64,000 bases of DNA, taken from assembly GCA_951406725.2 (NCBI GenBank), contig OX597814.1:26164001-26228000 (forward strand), read 5' to 3'. This DNA is from Octopus vulgaris (taxonomy: Eukaryota). The notes below the pieces were generated by a model. It had not been told where the DNA came from. It did no database searches and saw nothing but the letters and a program-made list of their open reading frames with translations. Positions 40,871 through 52,544 of this stretch are shown here, piece by piece. The number at the start of each line of letters is the position of its first letter. The first letter of the stretch is position 1. The position numbers and the translations under genes were made by a program.

Positions 40871-41569
40871 GTTCTTAATGATTGATAGTACATAGTTTAC
40901 ACATATATATGCTCCTATAATGAAAAAAGTAATTTTAAAAATTAAGCACTCTCTTCAACTTTTGTGATGATAGTTTCAGTTTTTTAATTGCTGTGACTTT
41001 CAAGACAAGAATATTTCCAATCCAGTCTACCTCAAAAATCATTTGCCAATTTCCAGTCTAGCCTTCTTGTCGTAGCTGTTGGTGGTACTGCTTCACTTCC
41101 TTAAGGTGCTACTTTACTTCCTTTGTTGATGAACTGTTTGGCAGTGCACCAAATTCCTTTTATTACAGCCTGCTCATCAATCACTATAATGCTTGTTTTA
41201 CAGTGATCTTCAAGAACCATATTCAAGTTACTTTCACACAAATTATACATAACATTTAAGCATGTATTTTTTCTTTTCTTATCACATCTTTCCCCTAGAT
41301 CTTAAACACTAGTATTGTTCATGCAGCTGCTACCTTGTCTGGTATATTGAGCTTAATACCATTGTGTGTGTGTAAATGCATGCATATATGCATGATTGAA
41401 ACCTATTCGTGTATGTGAAAATATCATACAGCATCAGAATACATGCAGTGTGTGTGCATGTGCCTATATGTATGGCTTGGAGGACTATGATAAACATTGT
41501 ATATGTATGCATGTGTGTGTATACACATACATACATACATACATATGTGTGTGTGTATGTAAAATAGAG

Positions 41570-41905
41570 TAAATAGGGTAAAGACCCCCTTTAGTCATGA
41601 ATGACCTTGGGATTGTATCTAGAAAGTTCTCCAATGCACAAGCCCAGGCAAGGCTGTTTATGGAAGACTAGCAGTTGCCCATGCACACAAGCCTCCCTTT
41701 CCATGCCACCAATGTTATCCAAATGAAAAGCAAAGTCTGATACAGCTTTCCACCAATGACGTTGCAACTCATTTGTACAGCTGAGTAAACTGGAGCAATG
41801 TGAAATAAAGTCTCTTGCTCAAGAACAGCACATAGCCTGGTCTAGGAATTGAACTCAGTATCTCATGATTGTGAGCCCGACACTCAGCCCACTGAACCAT
41901 GCACC
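41570..41905 (-). mobile_element. tRNA-headed SINE (second family)
   Basis: Reverse complement GGTGCATGGTTCAGTGG..GAGTTCAATTCCTAGACCAGGCT..CTTGAGCAAG; tail AAAGGGGGTCTTTACCCTAT. Confidence 0.7.
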
Positions 41906-42350
41906 TTCACACACATACACATATGTATGTATGTATGTATACATATATCATATCATTTAACGTCCATTTTCCATGGGGTGGACAGTTTGACTGAGAACTG
42001 GCAAGCTGGTGAGCTGCACCAAATTCCAATCTGATTTGGCATGATTTCTACAGCTGGATACCCTTCCTAATGCCTATATATATATATGTGTGTGTGTGTA
42101 TATATATATAAAATAGTGAGAGATTATCAATCAGGACAAAATACTTCATAATCTCTTTGCTGGCACATCCGGCTAACAATACTACATAGATTAGTGAAGA
42201 ATTCCAGGTAATCTTTTGTTAGGGTCCAAGGTTATGATTCACTACAATTCTATATTGCAAATCCATGGATCAGCTTCAGACAAACTGGTTTTTACACAGA
42301 TATATAAGAAACAAGTTCTAAATAATGTTCATTACATATTCCTTTATTGA

Positions 42351-42495
42351 AGCAAATTTGGCTTACAGCTGTTTCCAGCAGTCATTATAGGTACATTACT
42401 GATAGATTCACTCAGTTGGTCTATTGATCAACTCAGTAAACCTATCAGTAATGTACCTATAATGTTACTGGAAACAACCATAAGCCAAATTTGCT
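42351..42495. repeat. 145-bp fold-back palindrome, centre about 42423
   Basis: AGCAAATTTGGCTTA..ATTATAGGTACATTACTGATAG / CTATCAGTAATGTACCTATAAT..TAAGCCAAATTTGCT. Confidence 0.9.
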
Positions 42496-42619
42496 CCATT
42501 ATTTTTAACTTGTTTCTTATATATATATATGCTTGCATGTGTTTGTGTGTATACATGTATGTATGTATGTATGTATGTATGTATGTATGCATACATGTTT
42601 ACTCATACATACATACATA

Positions 42620-42665
<46 letters not shown>

Positions 42666-42671
42666 TGTATA

Positions 42672-43810
42672 TCATCATCGTTTAACGTGCATTTTCCATG
42701 CTGGCATGGGTTGGACAGTTTGACTGGGGTCTGAGAAGCCAGGCGGCTGCACCAGGCTCCAGTCTGATCTGGCAGTGTTTCTACAGCTGGATGCCCATCC
42801 TAACGCCAACCACTCTAAAAGTGTAGTGGGTGCTCTTTTTATGTGCCACCAGCACAGAGGTCAGAGAGGGCTGGCATCGACCATGATTAGATGGTGCCAG
42901 TCAAGGCAGCACTGGCATTGGCTACGTTTGGATGGTGCTTTTTACATGTCACTGTTATGGGGACCACAACTACAATTTCCCTTTGATTTGATTTGATTTT
43001 GATGTACTTGACTCAATTGGTCTCCTCAAGCATGGCATGTCACCCTACAATCCAAGGCACCTCTTACGTGTCCATAGCTTACACTGGGTACATCTTATGG
43101 AGTTTCTACCTACACCTTTACTACAGATCAAGCAGGGCCACCTACCTGAAGGGGTGTGTGATGTGTTCGCCTTCCTACTTACTAGAACATTGATCTTTAC
43201 AACATTGACTCTAAGGCCCTTCGATTCTAATCCTTGATTCCACACCTGAAACTTCTCCTCTAGTTCTGGCAGTGATTCTGCTATGAGGGCCAGGTCATCA
43301 GCATAGAGGAGCTTCCAGGAGCAACTTGTCTTGAGTTCCTCTGTTATTGCCTGGAGGACTATCCTGAGATCTGTCCTTACCACTTCATCTCATGTCTTCC
43401 TGAGTCTCTCTCTTCCACAGGTACCATCCCCTTTCAGTAATCAGAACATTTTTATACAGCTGTCTTCATTCATATGCATATCCAAACCAACGTAGTCTTC
43501 TGTCTTGCATGCTTCATTTGATACCTCTTATGCCCAACTTTTCTCTCAATACATTTGCACTTTGCTTCACATGTGCATTGATGTTGCACATCCAATGGAG
43601 CATACTTCATTTTTCCCCAGTCTATGCATGTCTTCTGCATTCAGAGCCCATGTCTCACTACCATGGAGTATAGCCATTTGCACACAAGTATCATATAGTC
43701 TACCTTTCACTCTGAAAGGGAATTCTTTTGTTGCCAACAGAGGTAATAACTCTCTGAGCTTCTTCCAGCCTATTCTTATTCTAGAAACAATACTTTCAAA
43801 ACATCCTCTA
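42672..43810 (-). mobile_element. RTE-clade LINE 3' pieces, rearranged
   Basis: Peptides LLYADDLAL (43045-43383) and LHGSETWAL (43567-43833), tail at 42672-43040. Confidence 0.85.
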
Positions 43811-44208
43811 GGGGATTTGCACCATGTACTCATCTGTGAGAGATTTTATGCACAACTTTTTAATCCCTAATTTACTCTTAACATCTCCGCAATGCTTGAA
43901 TTATAAATTCAATTTTCTAAAGTGATACCACTTGTCTTGCCTGTTCCTTTCTTTCTTCCAAAGATATATATATATAATATATATAGTAAATCCTAAAAAA
44001 CAAAGAACAAACACAAGAAAATAACAACACCGTCAGGACGCAAAGTATTAGCAGATGCTCAGGGAAGGAAAGAAAGATGGTTTCACAATTTGAGCAAAGC
44101 TCTTCTTCAGAAACAGAAGGCAGAGGAAAGTCCAAGAGAAAAGGAAGATGGATGGAAAAATTTCGCCCACAATTTACATGTGGTTACATTTCATATATAT
44201 ACAAACAC

Positions 44209-44620
44209 AGTCACTACTAGTGACAATTGAATTCTTCTTTTTTGGCTTTATATTACATCTAGCCACCTTTATTATTTTATAATTTTCGCATTACCATTTT
44301 GCTGAATCAGCCATTGATTCTTATGGTAAAATCTATATACTGGCAGGTAGGATTTGACTTAACTATAAACATTGGAGGGGTACTACTGATGAGCTTTAAT
44401 TTCAAGCATAACTAGCTTGCCAATTTAGTACCCTCAATCGTTATTGGGCAGTTAACCCCACTGTCAGTACATAAACTTGTGCTATGTTTGTGGCTCTAAG
44501 TGTCTTCAATTCTTATTTCTAGTAATGTAGGTGTTACAATGCACCCTCAGTCACTATGAGTGACAATTGAATTCTTCCTTTTTTGGTTATATATTCCATC
44601 TAGCCACCTTTATTATTTTA
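44209..44620 (+). mobile_element. Non-coding PLE-pLTR-like repeat with about 70-bp terminal direct repeat
   Basis: CAGTCACTA..GTGACAATTGAATTCTTC..TAGCCACCTTT at 44209-44280 and 44549-44620; CTGATGA at about 44386; reverse-complement copy at 49772-50030. Confidence 0.6.
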
Positions 44621-45399
44621 CACACACACACACACACACATACATACAATATGTGTGTGTGTGTGTGTGTGTGCATGTGTGTATGTGTACTTGTATATAC
44701 ACACACACACATGCTTTGAGTTCTGCTTTCCTGTTTGCATCACCAAGTGTATATATATAGATATATAATGTGCATATATAATATGTATATATGGGCATAT
44801 GTGTGCATGCATGAGTGTGTGTATGTGTACAAACACATAGTCCCGTAATATTAGTGCTCATTATTGCCTTTAGGAATAGATAAACCCATTCACAAGTAAT
44901 ACAAACTGTCATTCAAGAATGCTTTTAGCTGTAAAGTGTAATCATCATTAAGTTATTAAATTACCTCTGATGCATATATCACAGTTTGTCTTGCCTGCTA
45001 TGGTATCATGAATACTTTTCTTACTACTATACCCATACCTGCAAACTTTTTTTATTATTTCTTGCAATACTTTTGCACCATGTGTATGTGTGTGTCTGTA
45101 TGTGCATGTATGTGTGTGTGTGAGAGAGAGAGAGTAAGTGTATATTTGTGTGTGTTTTTCTCTCCTTCTCTTCACTTTGACAGTTGTGTGTGTCACCATT
45201 ATACCGCCAGTCACATTTGTTCCAGTCTTCCATGGAAATATATTTGGCCAAGGGGAAATATTACTTCCCTTGGAAGCTGATGGGGATTGGATACCAACTT
45301 TAGAAAATCTGCCTCAATGAATTTCATCTGACCAAAGTAAGCATGGCAAAGGATGTTGAAACGATGATGGTAGATTCTGACATAGTATGTGTGTAACCT

Positions 45400-45755
45400 C
45401 ATCAGCATCATTGTTTTAATGTCTGCTTTTCCATTACTTGCTTAGATCATACAGAATTCATTGAGACAGATTTTTACAGCTGCGAAACTTTTCCTCTCAT
45501 CAACCCTTACCTGTTTGAAGTAGGGTAATATAAAGTAACACTTTCTCTTGGGTAAATATGTTTTTACAAAAGGCTGGAAACAAATATAACTGCATGTGAT
45601 GTCAAGAAAGAAAATACTCACATACACACACACACAGAAAAGAGACTGAGACTCTACTAGTGAAGCCACATACCCATGATGCAAAGCAGCAGGATTGAAC
45701 CTGAAACCATGAGGCTGGAATGCAAATATATTAACCACATATCCCTACCTGCAGT
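45400..45755 (-). mobile_element. tRNA-headed SINE (family A head, RTE-type tail), decayed
   Basis: Reverse complement GCAGGTAGGGATATGTGGTTAA..GGTTCAATCCTGCTG; tail ..GGAAAAGCAGACATTAAAACAATGATG. Confidence 0.65.
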
Positions 45756-45810
45756 TATATAATATATAGAATATACAATGCATAACACATAGGATATAGA
45801 GCATATGTAC

Positions 45811-45847
<37 letters not shown>

Positions 45848-45895
45848 AAACAAGTCAGAATAGAAAATGCTAAAATAATTTTATAGTGAACATTT

Positions 45896-45933
45896 CAGTA
45901 CCGGTTTCGGTCATTTTGAGACCTTTTCAACTG
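45896..45933 (-). ncRNA. Minimal type I hammerhead ribozyme (inverted pLTR copy)
   Basis: Exact reverse complement of 49604-49641. Confidence 0.75.
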
Positions 45934-45997
45934 TAACGATTAAATAATTAAATTTAGAAAAATTAGAAGAAAAGTTTTTTAAAGGAATATTTCTATA

Positions 45998-46084
45998 AGT
46001 CTGGGGTCGAGTTGCTCGATTAAAGGCGGTGCTCCAGCATGGCCGCAGTCAAATGACTGAAACAAGTAAAAGAGTAAAAGAGAG
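45998..46084 (+). mobile_element. Family A SINE 3' fragment inserted in the left pLTR
   Basis: Matches 27848-27935; absent from the right pLTR; TATA on both sides. Confidence 0.85.
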
Positions 46085-46396
46085 TATAGTAGTGTTCAGA
46101 TATGAGTGGCATTCTGCCTTTCTCTGACTCCCTTGTTTGCACTTGTGTGTTCGAGGTCGTTGTGAGTTCTTGGTAGGGTAGAAGAAGAAGAAGGCTGATG
46201 AGGAGAGGGGGTGGGAAAATCTGGGAGTGCCCTGATGGTCGTATTTTGAATGGTCAGTGGCGGCTAGCAGTCGCAGTTCAATTCAGGAGAATATTTCTAT
46301 TGAAAGGCTTGTTTATGGAATTTGCGTAGGTGTTATACTAAAAAGCATTAAAAAATGAATGCGGTGGTTGGGACGGTAGCTATTATATAGGAGAAG

Positions 46397-46428
<32 letters not shown>

Positions 46429-46760
46429 GACGACGATGATGATGATAATGATGATGATGAAGAAGAAGAGGAAGAAGAAGAAAAAAACAGAGAAGGGAGA
46501 ACACACACCATAAATCACAACAGGAGACCCCACATCAACAAAGAACAACTATATAATAGCTACCGTCCCAACCACCGCATTCATTTTTTAGACCCAATAC
46601 GCAAACACAGAGACACAAGATAGCACCAAACAAGCAGGAGGAACCAAAAGTAATAAAAATTATCAATCTAACTCACAAGGAACTAACAGCAAACCAAATA
46701 AACATACTTTCCAAAGGACTCAAGTTTACACCCACCCCACAACACCCCAACTACAATGAA

Positions 46761-48914
46761 ATGAAAGAAGACATCGCAGAATTCTGCAGAAAATTAAGAC
46801 TTACTGAGGAGCTATACGATAAATACAACGAGGACGAATCGTTAGCCAGAAATAGGAGTAACTACACCCCCTCGAAAGGTAAGAACAAAACACTTGATGA
46901 TTTCTGTGACCACATATCAAATTACCCATATCAACATATGCACAAACAAAAACACAAACCAAACTTCAGCAAAAAAGAATGGGCTGAGTTGAACAAATTA
47001 AAACAAGATAAAACAATAACAATCAAAGAGGCCGATAAAGGGAGTGCTGTTGTCTTAATGGATACGACATTTTACATAACTTTGGTACTTTCTATGCTGG
47101 AAGACACAACATACTATGAAAAGGCACAAAACTACAGTCAACAAAAAATAATGAGGGAACTAAAATCCATGTTAAACCCATACAAAGCAGGGCTCACCGA
47201 CAAAGAATATGATTATATGACCAATTTCACAAGTAAAACCAGCCAATTCTACGGTATACCTAAGATCCACAAAAGTGAGAAAATAAGCAACGCATGCAAG
47301 ATAGCTACAGACAAAATAATTAAAGTCCCTAATCCTAATGACCTCAAATTGAGACCCATAATAGCAGGTCCCGCATGCGAAACCCACCGCCTCAGTAACT
47401 TTTTAGACACCCTGTTAAAACCACTCCTCAAACATGTCAAAAGCTATATAAGGGACGACTTAGATATGCTCAATCACCTACCGAATACTATAAACAAAAA
47501 CACCATACTGGTATCCTTCGATGTAGTCAACCTCTACTCCAATATCCCCCACAACCTAGGACTAGAGGCAATCCAATTCTGGCTAGAGAATCACGCCAAC
47601 GAACTACCACACCGCATCAAAAAAGAATTCGTGATAGAAGGGGTTAAATCCATCCTGGAAAATAACTTCTTCGCCTTCAATGACAACTTCTACCGACAAA
47701 AATCGGGGACTGCGATGGGTACACGAATGGCCCCCTCCTTTGCCAACCTAGTCATAGGATATCTAGAGATCAGTCTGTATCGTAAGGTTCTAGAAAGATA
47801 TGGCAGCCCTTTCTCCATCTACATAGAAAACAACTGGAAGAGATATCTAGATGACTGTTTCATTCTTTGGCATAAAAATATAGAAAAACTCATAGAATTC
47901 CAGGAAATTTTAAACGGACTGGACGTAAACATCCAATTCACGATGGAATATAGCCAGCAACAACTCCCCTTCCTCGATATCCTCATTAAGAAAGCTAATA
48001 ATATAATAGAAACAGACATATATTATAAGCCTACAGACTCTAAGCAATATCTTCCATTCAATTCATGCCACCCCAGACACACCAGGATGAATATCCCCTT
48101 CAATCTAGCAAAAAGGATATGCACTATAGTCTCTAACGCAAACACCAGAGACACACGACTACAAGAACTAAAAGATACCCTTATCACCAGGAACTATCCA
48201 CCTTCACTTATTGACAAGTGCATTCAACGTGCCCTTCAACTTAACATCAAGGAACTGAGACATCCCAAATCAAAGAAAAACTTACAACCAAAAGCCTTAC
48301 CATACATCTCCACACACAACCCTCTCAATAACGAAGCCTTCGGCACCATCCTCCACAACATACCCCTCCTAAAAAAAGACCACAGAATGAACACAATCCT
48401 CCAAACACACACGATCATAAAAAGCAAGAGACAGCCTAAATCCATGAAAAGTCTCCTAACACAAGCCCGAATTCACTCTTCAACACAGAAGGCGACAGTA
48501 AAAAAATGTGGAAGACCCAATTGCGGGATATGCGACTATCTAATTGAGGGATCAGAGTTCTCCTTCAAACAGGGACAACGGTTTACAGTGAAAAGCAACT
48601 TCACATGTGCTTCGGAGAACCTAATATACTCACTAACCTGCTCCGGGTGTCAAGAGCAGTACATAGGCCAAACAAAAAATAGTTTGCGTAAACGAATGGC
48701 CCTGCACAGATCCCAGATAAAAATTCCCCAAAACAGAAAAATAGCTTTTAGCCAACACATAGATACTTGCGCCAACAAAAAAACACCAAGCTTCAGGATT
48801 TTCCCCCTCTACCAATTTAGGGACGATACAACCTCGAGACAACGAATAAGTAAAGAAACTCTCTTTATTACAAAATACAGGCCACTTCTTAACGGGTCTA
48901 CGACAAACAATTAA
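46761..48914 (+). CDS. PLE reverse transcriptase + GIY-YIG endonuclease (717 aa; frame open from 46560)
   Basis: ADKG, FYGIPKIHK, LRPII, FDVVNLYSNI, GTAMG..APSFANL, RYLDD, FLD, YYKPT, HP; CGRPNCGIC linker; LIYSLTC..YIGQT..RKRMALH; upstream in-frame IINLT..LSKGLKFTPTP. Confidence 0.96.
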   Translation: MKEDIAEFCRKLRLTEELYDKYNEDESLARNRSNYTPSKGKNKTLDDFCDHISNYPYQHMHKQKHKPNFSKKEWAELNKLKQDKTITIKEADKGSAVVLMDTTFYITLVLSMLEDTTYYEKAQNYSQQKIMRELKSMLNPYKAGLTDKEYDYMTNFTSKTSQFYGIPKIHKSEKISNACKIATDKIIKVPNPNDLKLRPIIAGPACETHRLSNFLDTLLKPLLKHVKSYIRDDLDMLNHLPNTINKNTILVSFDVVNLYSNIPHNLGLEAIQFWLENHANELPHRIKKEFVIEGVKSILENNFFAFNDNFYRQKSGTAMGTRMAPSFANLVIGYLEISLYRKVLERYGSPFSIYIENNWKRYLDDCFILWHKNIEKLIEFQEILNGLDVNIQFTMEYSQQQLPFLDILIKKANNIIETDIYYKPTDSKQYLPFNSCHPRHTRMNIPFNLAKRICTIVSNANTRDTRLQELKDTLITRNYPPSLIDKCIQRALQLNIKELRHPKSKKNLQPKALPYISTHNPLNNEAFGTILHNIPLLKKDHRMNTILQTHTIIKSKRQPKSMKSLLTQARIHSSTQKATVKKCGRPNCGICDYLIEGSEFSFKQGQRFTVKSNFTCASENLIYSLTCSGCQEQYIGQTKNSLRKRMALHRSQIKIPQNRKIAFSQHIDTCANKKTPSFRIFPLYQFRDDTTSRQRISKETLFITKYRPLLNGSTTNN

Positions 48915-49132
48915 TATACCTCAACTTTAGAATAAAAGAAATATACACACACAAATATTACATTCCAAAGAATCCATTACTAATCAGCCCAAATCACAGC
49001 TATACTCCATAACATGCCAACTTCAAGTCATACAACACCTCACTACTTTCACCTATTCATATTCTCCCTTCTCTGTTTTTTTCTTCTTCTTCCTCCTCTT
49101 CTTCATCATCATCATTATCATCATCATCGTCG

Positions 49133-49163
<31 letters not shown>

Positions 49164-49603
49164 CATCTCCTTCTCCTTCTTCTTCTTCTTCATCATCAAC
49201 ATCATCAACATCGTCATCTTCTTCTTCTTCTTCTTCTTCTTCTACTTCTCCACCTTCTACCTCTTAACTTTGTCACTAATGCTTTTTAGTATAACACCTA
49301 CGCAAATTCCATAAACAAGCCTTTCAATAGAAATATTCTCCTGAATTGAACCTCGACTGCTAGCCGCCACTGACCATTCAAAATACGACCATCAGGGCAC
49401 TCCCAGATTTTCCCACTCCCTCTCCTCATCAGCCTTCTTCTTCTTCTACCCTACCAAGAACTCACAACGACCTCAAACACACAAGTGCAAACAAGGGAGT
49501 CAGAGAAAGGCAGAATGCCACTCATATCTGAACACTACTATAGAAATATTCCTTTAAAAAAACTTTTCTTCTAATTTTTCTAAACTTAATTATTTAATCG
49601 TTA

Positions 49604-49641
49604 CAGTTGAAAAGGTCTCAAAATGACCGAAACCGGTACTG
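49604..49641 (+). ncRNA. Minimal type I hammerhead ribozyme in the PLE pLTR, U3-A8 core variant
   Basis: cag-TTGAAAA-ggtc-tcaaaat-gacc-GAAA-ccgg-TA-ctg: stem I cag/ctg, stem II ggtc/gacc, palindromic stem III, GUA cleavage triplet. Confidence 0.75.
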
Positions 49642-49723
49642 AAATGTTCACTATAAAATTATTTTAGCATTTTCTATTCTGACTTGTTTTTTCATATATA
49701 TCAACTTGTGTGTTCCTTTTCAC

Positions 49724-49776
<53 letters not shown>

Positions 49777-50309
49777 CTGAGGGTGCATTGTAGCACCTAC
49801 ATTGCTAAAAATAAGTGTAAAAGAGCATTATAGCCACAAACATAGCACAAGTCTATGTACTGACATGGAAGTTAACTGCCCCATAGCAAGTAAGGGTACT
49901 CAATTGGTAAACCAATTTAGCTTCAAATTAAACCTCATCAGTAGTACTACTCTCTCATTTATAGTGAAGTCAAATCCACCCTATCAGTATATAGATTTTA
50001 CCATAAGAATCAACCAAAACAAATCAAATTTTACATGGTAATACTATGAGACATCAAGAGTGTCGAGATATAATTATTTTGGATTAAAACAATGCATAAT
50101 TGGCTCTGGTTCTGTATTTATCTCAAAATTTGAAGAATGAAAGTGAAACCATCGACAGAGTAACAGTTATAAATAGTTCCATTTTTATCCAGTTTCAATT
50201 TTAATAGTTTCACTTTTAACGGTGTAACAGTTAAAATTAGTTTCACTTTTCATAGTTTCGTTTTTATTCGTTTGCTATATATATATATGTGTGTGTGTGT
50301 GTGTATATA

Positions 50310-51381
50310 CTAGCATTAAAGACCCGTCGTTGCCAGGTCATAGTGCTAGTGCATGTATATATGTGTACATATTACATGTACATCTATATATATACATCTA
50401 CACATAAAATACAAAATACAAAGTTATATTTTGATATCGCTAGTGATAACAATACTCAAAATATATAACAGACTGGAATTGTTAGCCCATCTCTTGTAAT
50501 TTCAATCAATTGTATCTTGTCCTCCCTCTTGTATAGAAGTGTGGCTACAATCCACCCTACCTCTACTTCAGGGGGGGGGGGTCATTTAAAATTTTTTTTT
50601 GGGGACGTCCTACGTCCCAGATATAAAGGTAAAAATAAAATATTTCCACTTTGCAAGTTCGAGTCGAGTACTCCCTTGCACGCTCCGTTCACTCGAACCT
50701 TGCTTCTGTTGTGGCGAATTTACCGCCTCTGATTAGATATCTTTCATAGGTGCTTTCCTCCATGTGTTCAAATCTTCTTTTTTCTCTACATTGTATACTT
50801 TATAGACAATAGTCTTTTCTTTAATTTAATTTTTTATTATCCATCTGGACTATTTCATTTCTGCACGCTAATTTTATTTTTTATTTATTCCCATTCATAT
50901 GAAACCACTTATTCAAGTCATTGATGCAATTTTATACCAATTGCTATTTTTACTTTTTTTGTATGTTACGATTATATTCTACTTTAGTTTGATTTTAATT
51001 ATTACTTACTACATATAATTCAATTGTTATTATTATTTTTATTGTTAAAGTGAAAGTATCTGACATAAAACTGAGAAATGTTTTTGTTTCACTTTTAACA
51101 CGTAATACTGAAATAGTGGAGAAGATATGATATTGCTATGGGCTCGCTCTAGGCAAGAAGTTGAACATTTTTTTTGCCCATGAAACTACATGGACCCTAA
51201 GTAAGGCATGTGTAAAATTTGAATGAAATTGGTTGTGTAGTTCTCAAGTTTTAGGGAATCATAGTGGAGAAGATATGATATTGCTGTGGGCTCACCCTAG
51301 GCAAAAAGTTAAAAAGTTCTCAAGTTTTAGGGAAACACACAGACAGACAGACACACATTCTCAGTTTTATATATGTAAAGA
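50310..51381 (-). mobile_element. Non-autonomous Helitron (second family)
   Basis: Minus strand A|TCTTTACATATATAAAACTGAG ... hairpin GACCTGGCAACGACGGGTC, CTAG|T; internal duplication 51113-51165 / 51261-51313. Confidence 0.8.
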
Positions 51382-52544
51382 TATCTTTGTATATATGTTC
51401 TATACATATGTTTGTATGAAGGTAGATATCATTTTGAACCTTGATAACTCCACTCCTATAATTTTTGTAGCATTTGTTTTATTGCTTCTCTTTTGTGGCA
51501 TTGTTTTACCTATTATTGCTTTATATCTATCAGAAATTTTAGTGCAGCACTATAAAAACCAAATTGCAAATTTACTTTTTACAACTATGAAATAATTTAA
51601 AAAGCAATGATCTCATTTTTTCAGAAACAGTTTCTTCAGTTTTTCTGCGATTTAATTTTTACTAAACATGTTTATTTCCATTTTTATTTCTTTAATATAA
51701 GAAATAAAAAATGTTCTTTCGTAGTTCAGTTCAGAGATAAGGTGAAATATTTCAAAACCAAAGAACATATTGAAAAATGTGATGATTTCACATTTTTTTC
51801 ATTGGATTTGCTTCATCACCCAGGAGTAATATAAGAATTTTTCTAACATGAACATTTTAAGTTACATGACATACAATTTCATGAACAAATCTTTTGAAAC
51901 AAGTGTGGCTGGTTGCCACAAGATTACACTATGAGAAAATTTCACTACTGACTTCAGTTTAACTGAATTAAATTGTCATCATTATTTTGTAACTTCTTTC
52001 CATACTGGTGTAGATTGGACAAGTTATCACATTCCAAACCAGTTCCTATTAGTCAATGCCCAGATCTAGCTCATTCGTTTTATTTTCCCAGCATCTAACA
52101 CCTACCCCTTCACTGAATGTATGGGGTGCATTTAATCATGGCTTCAGTATGAGAAGACTAAAGGACTTTCTCACCTCTATGCTGTTAACAATGAATTTAC
52201 AGAGTATACTGGGTGCTTTTTATCATGGAACTAGTGATAATGAAGTTGCCTTTATTTTGCTAGACAAAAGAGTCTTCACTGTTTTGAATTGTATCCAGTC
52301 TTTCCAGGCAATGTGACCAACAGAGTAGGTTCAAGAGGAACAATTTTAGAAAATGAATTAGTGCAAGAGAGAGATAAAGATGCAAGTTCCTGAATACAGA
52401 AACATTTTGGAAAATTCATTTCCATGATTAAAAAATTGGGGTTTATGTCACTGAAATCTGTTAAGAAAATATAGAATTAAATATTTTTCACTTATGATAT
52501 GCCACTGTATTTGTGAATGTCAATTAAGTTCCATGAATATTAAA

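Larger units (their letters stand above)
45842..49726 (+). mobile_element. Penelope-like element (Neptune-type) with inverted 5' pLTR, inserted in (TA)n
   Basis: 45842-46349 is the near-perfect reverse complement of 49277-49696 and 46391-46501 of 49062-49170; (TA)n on both sides; long RT+GIY-YIG ORF inside. Confidence 0.95.

Noticed and set aside
49014-49289. His/Leu-rich ORFs in the pLTR (also 46313-46548)
   Set aside because: Products of (CAT)n/(CTT)n repeats within the pLTR
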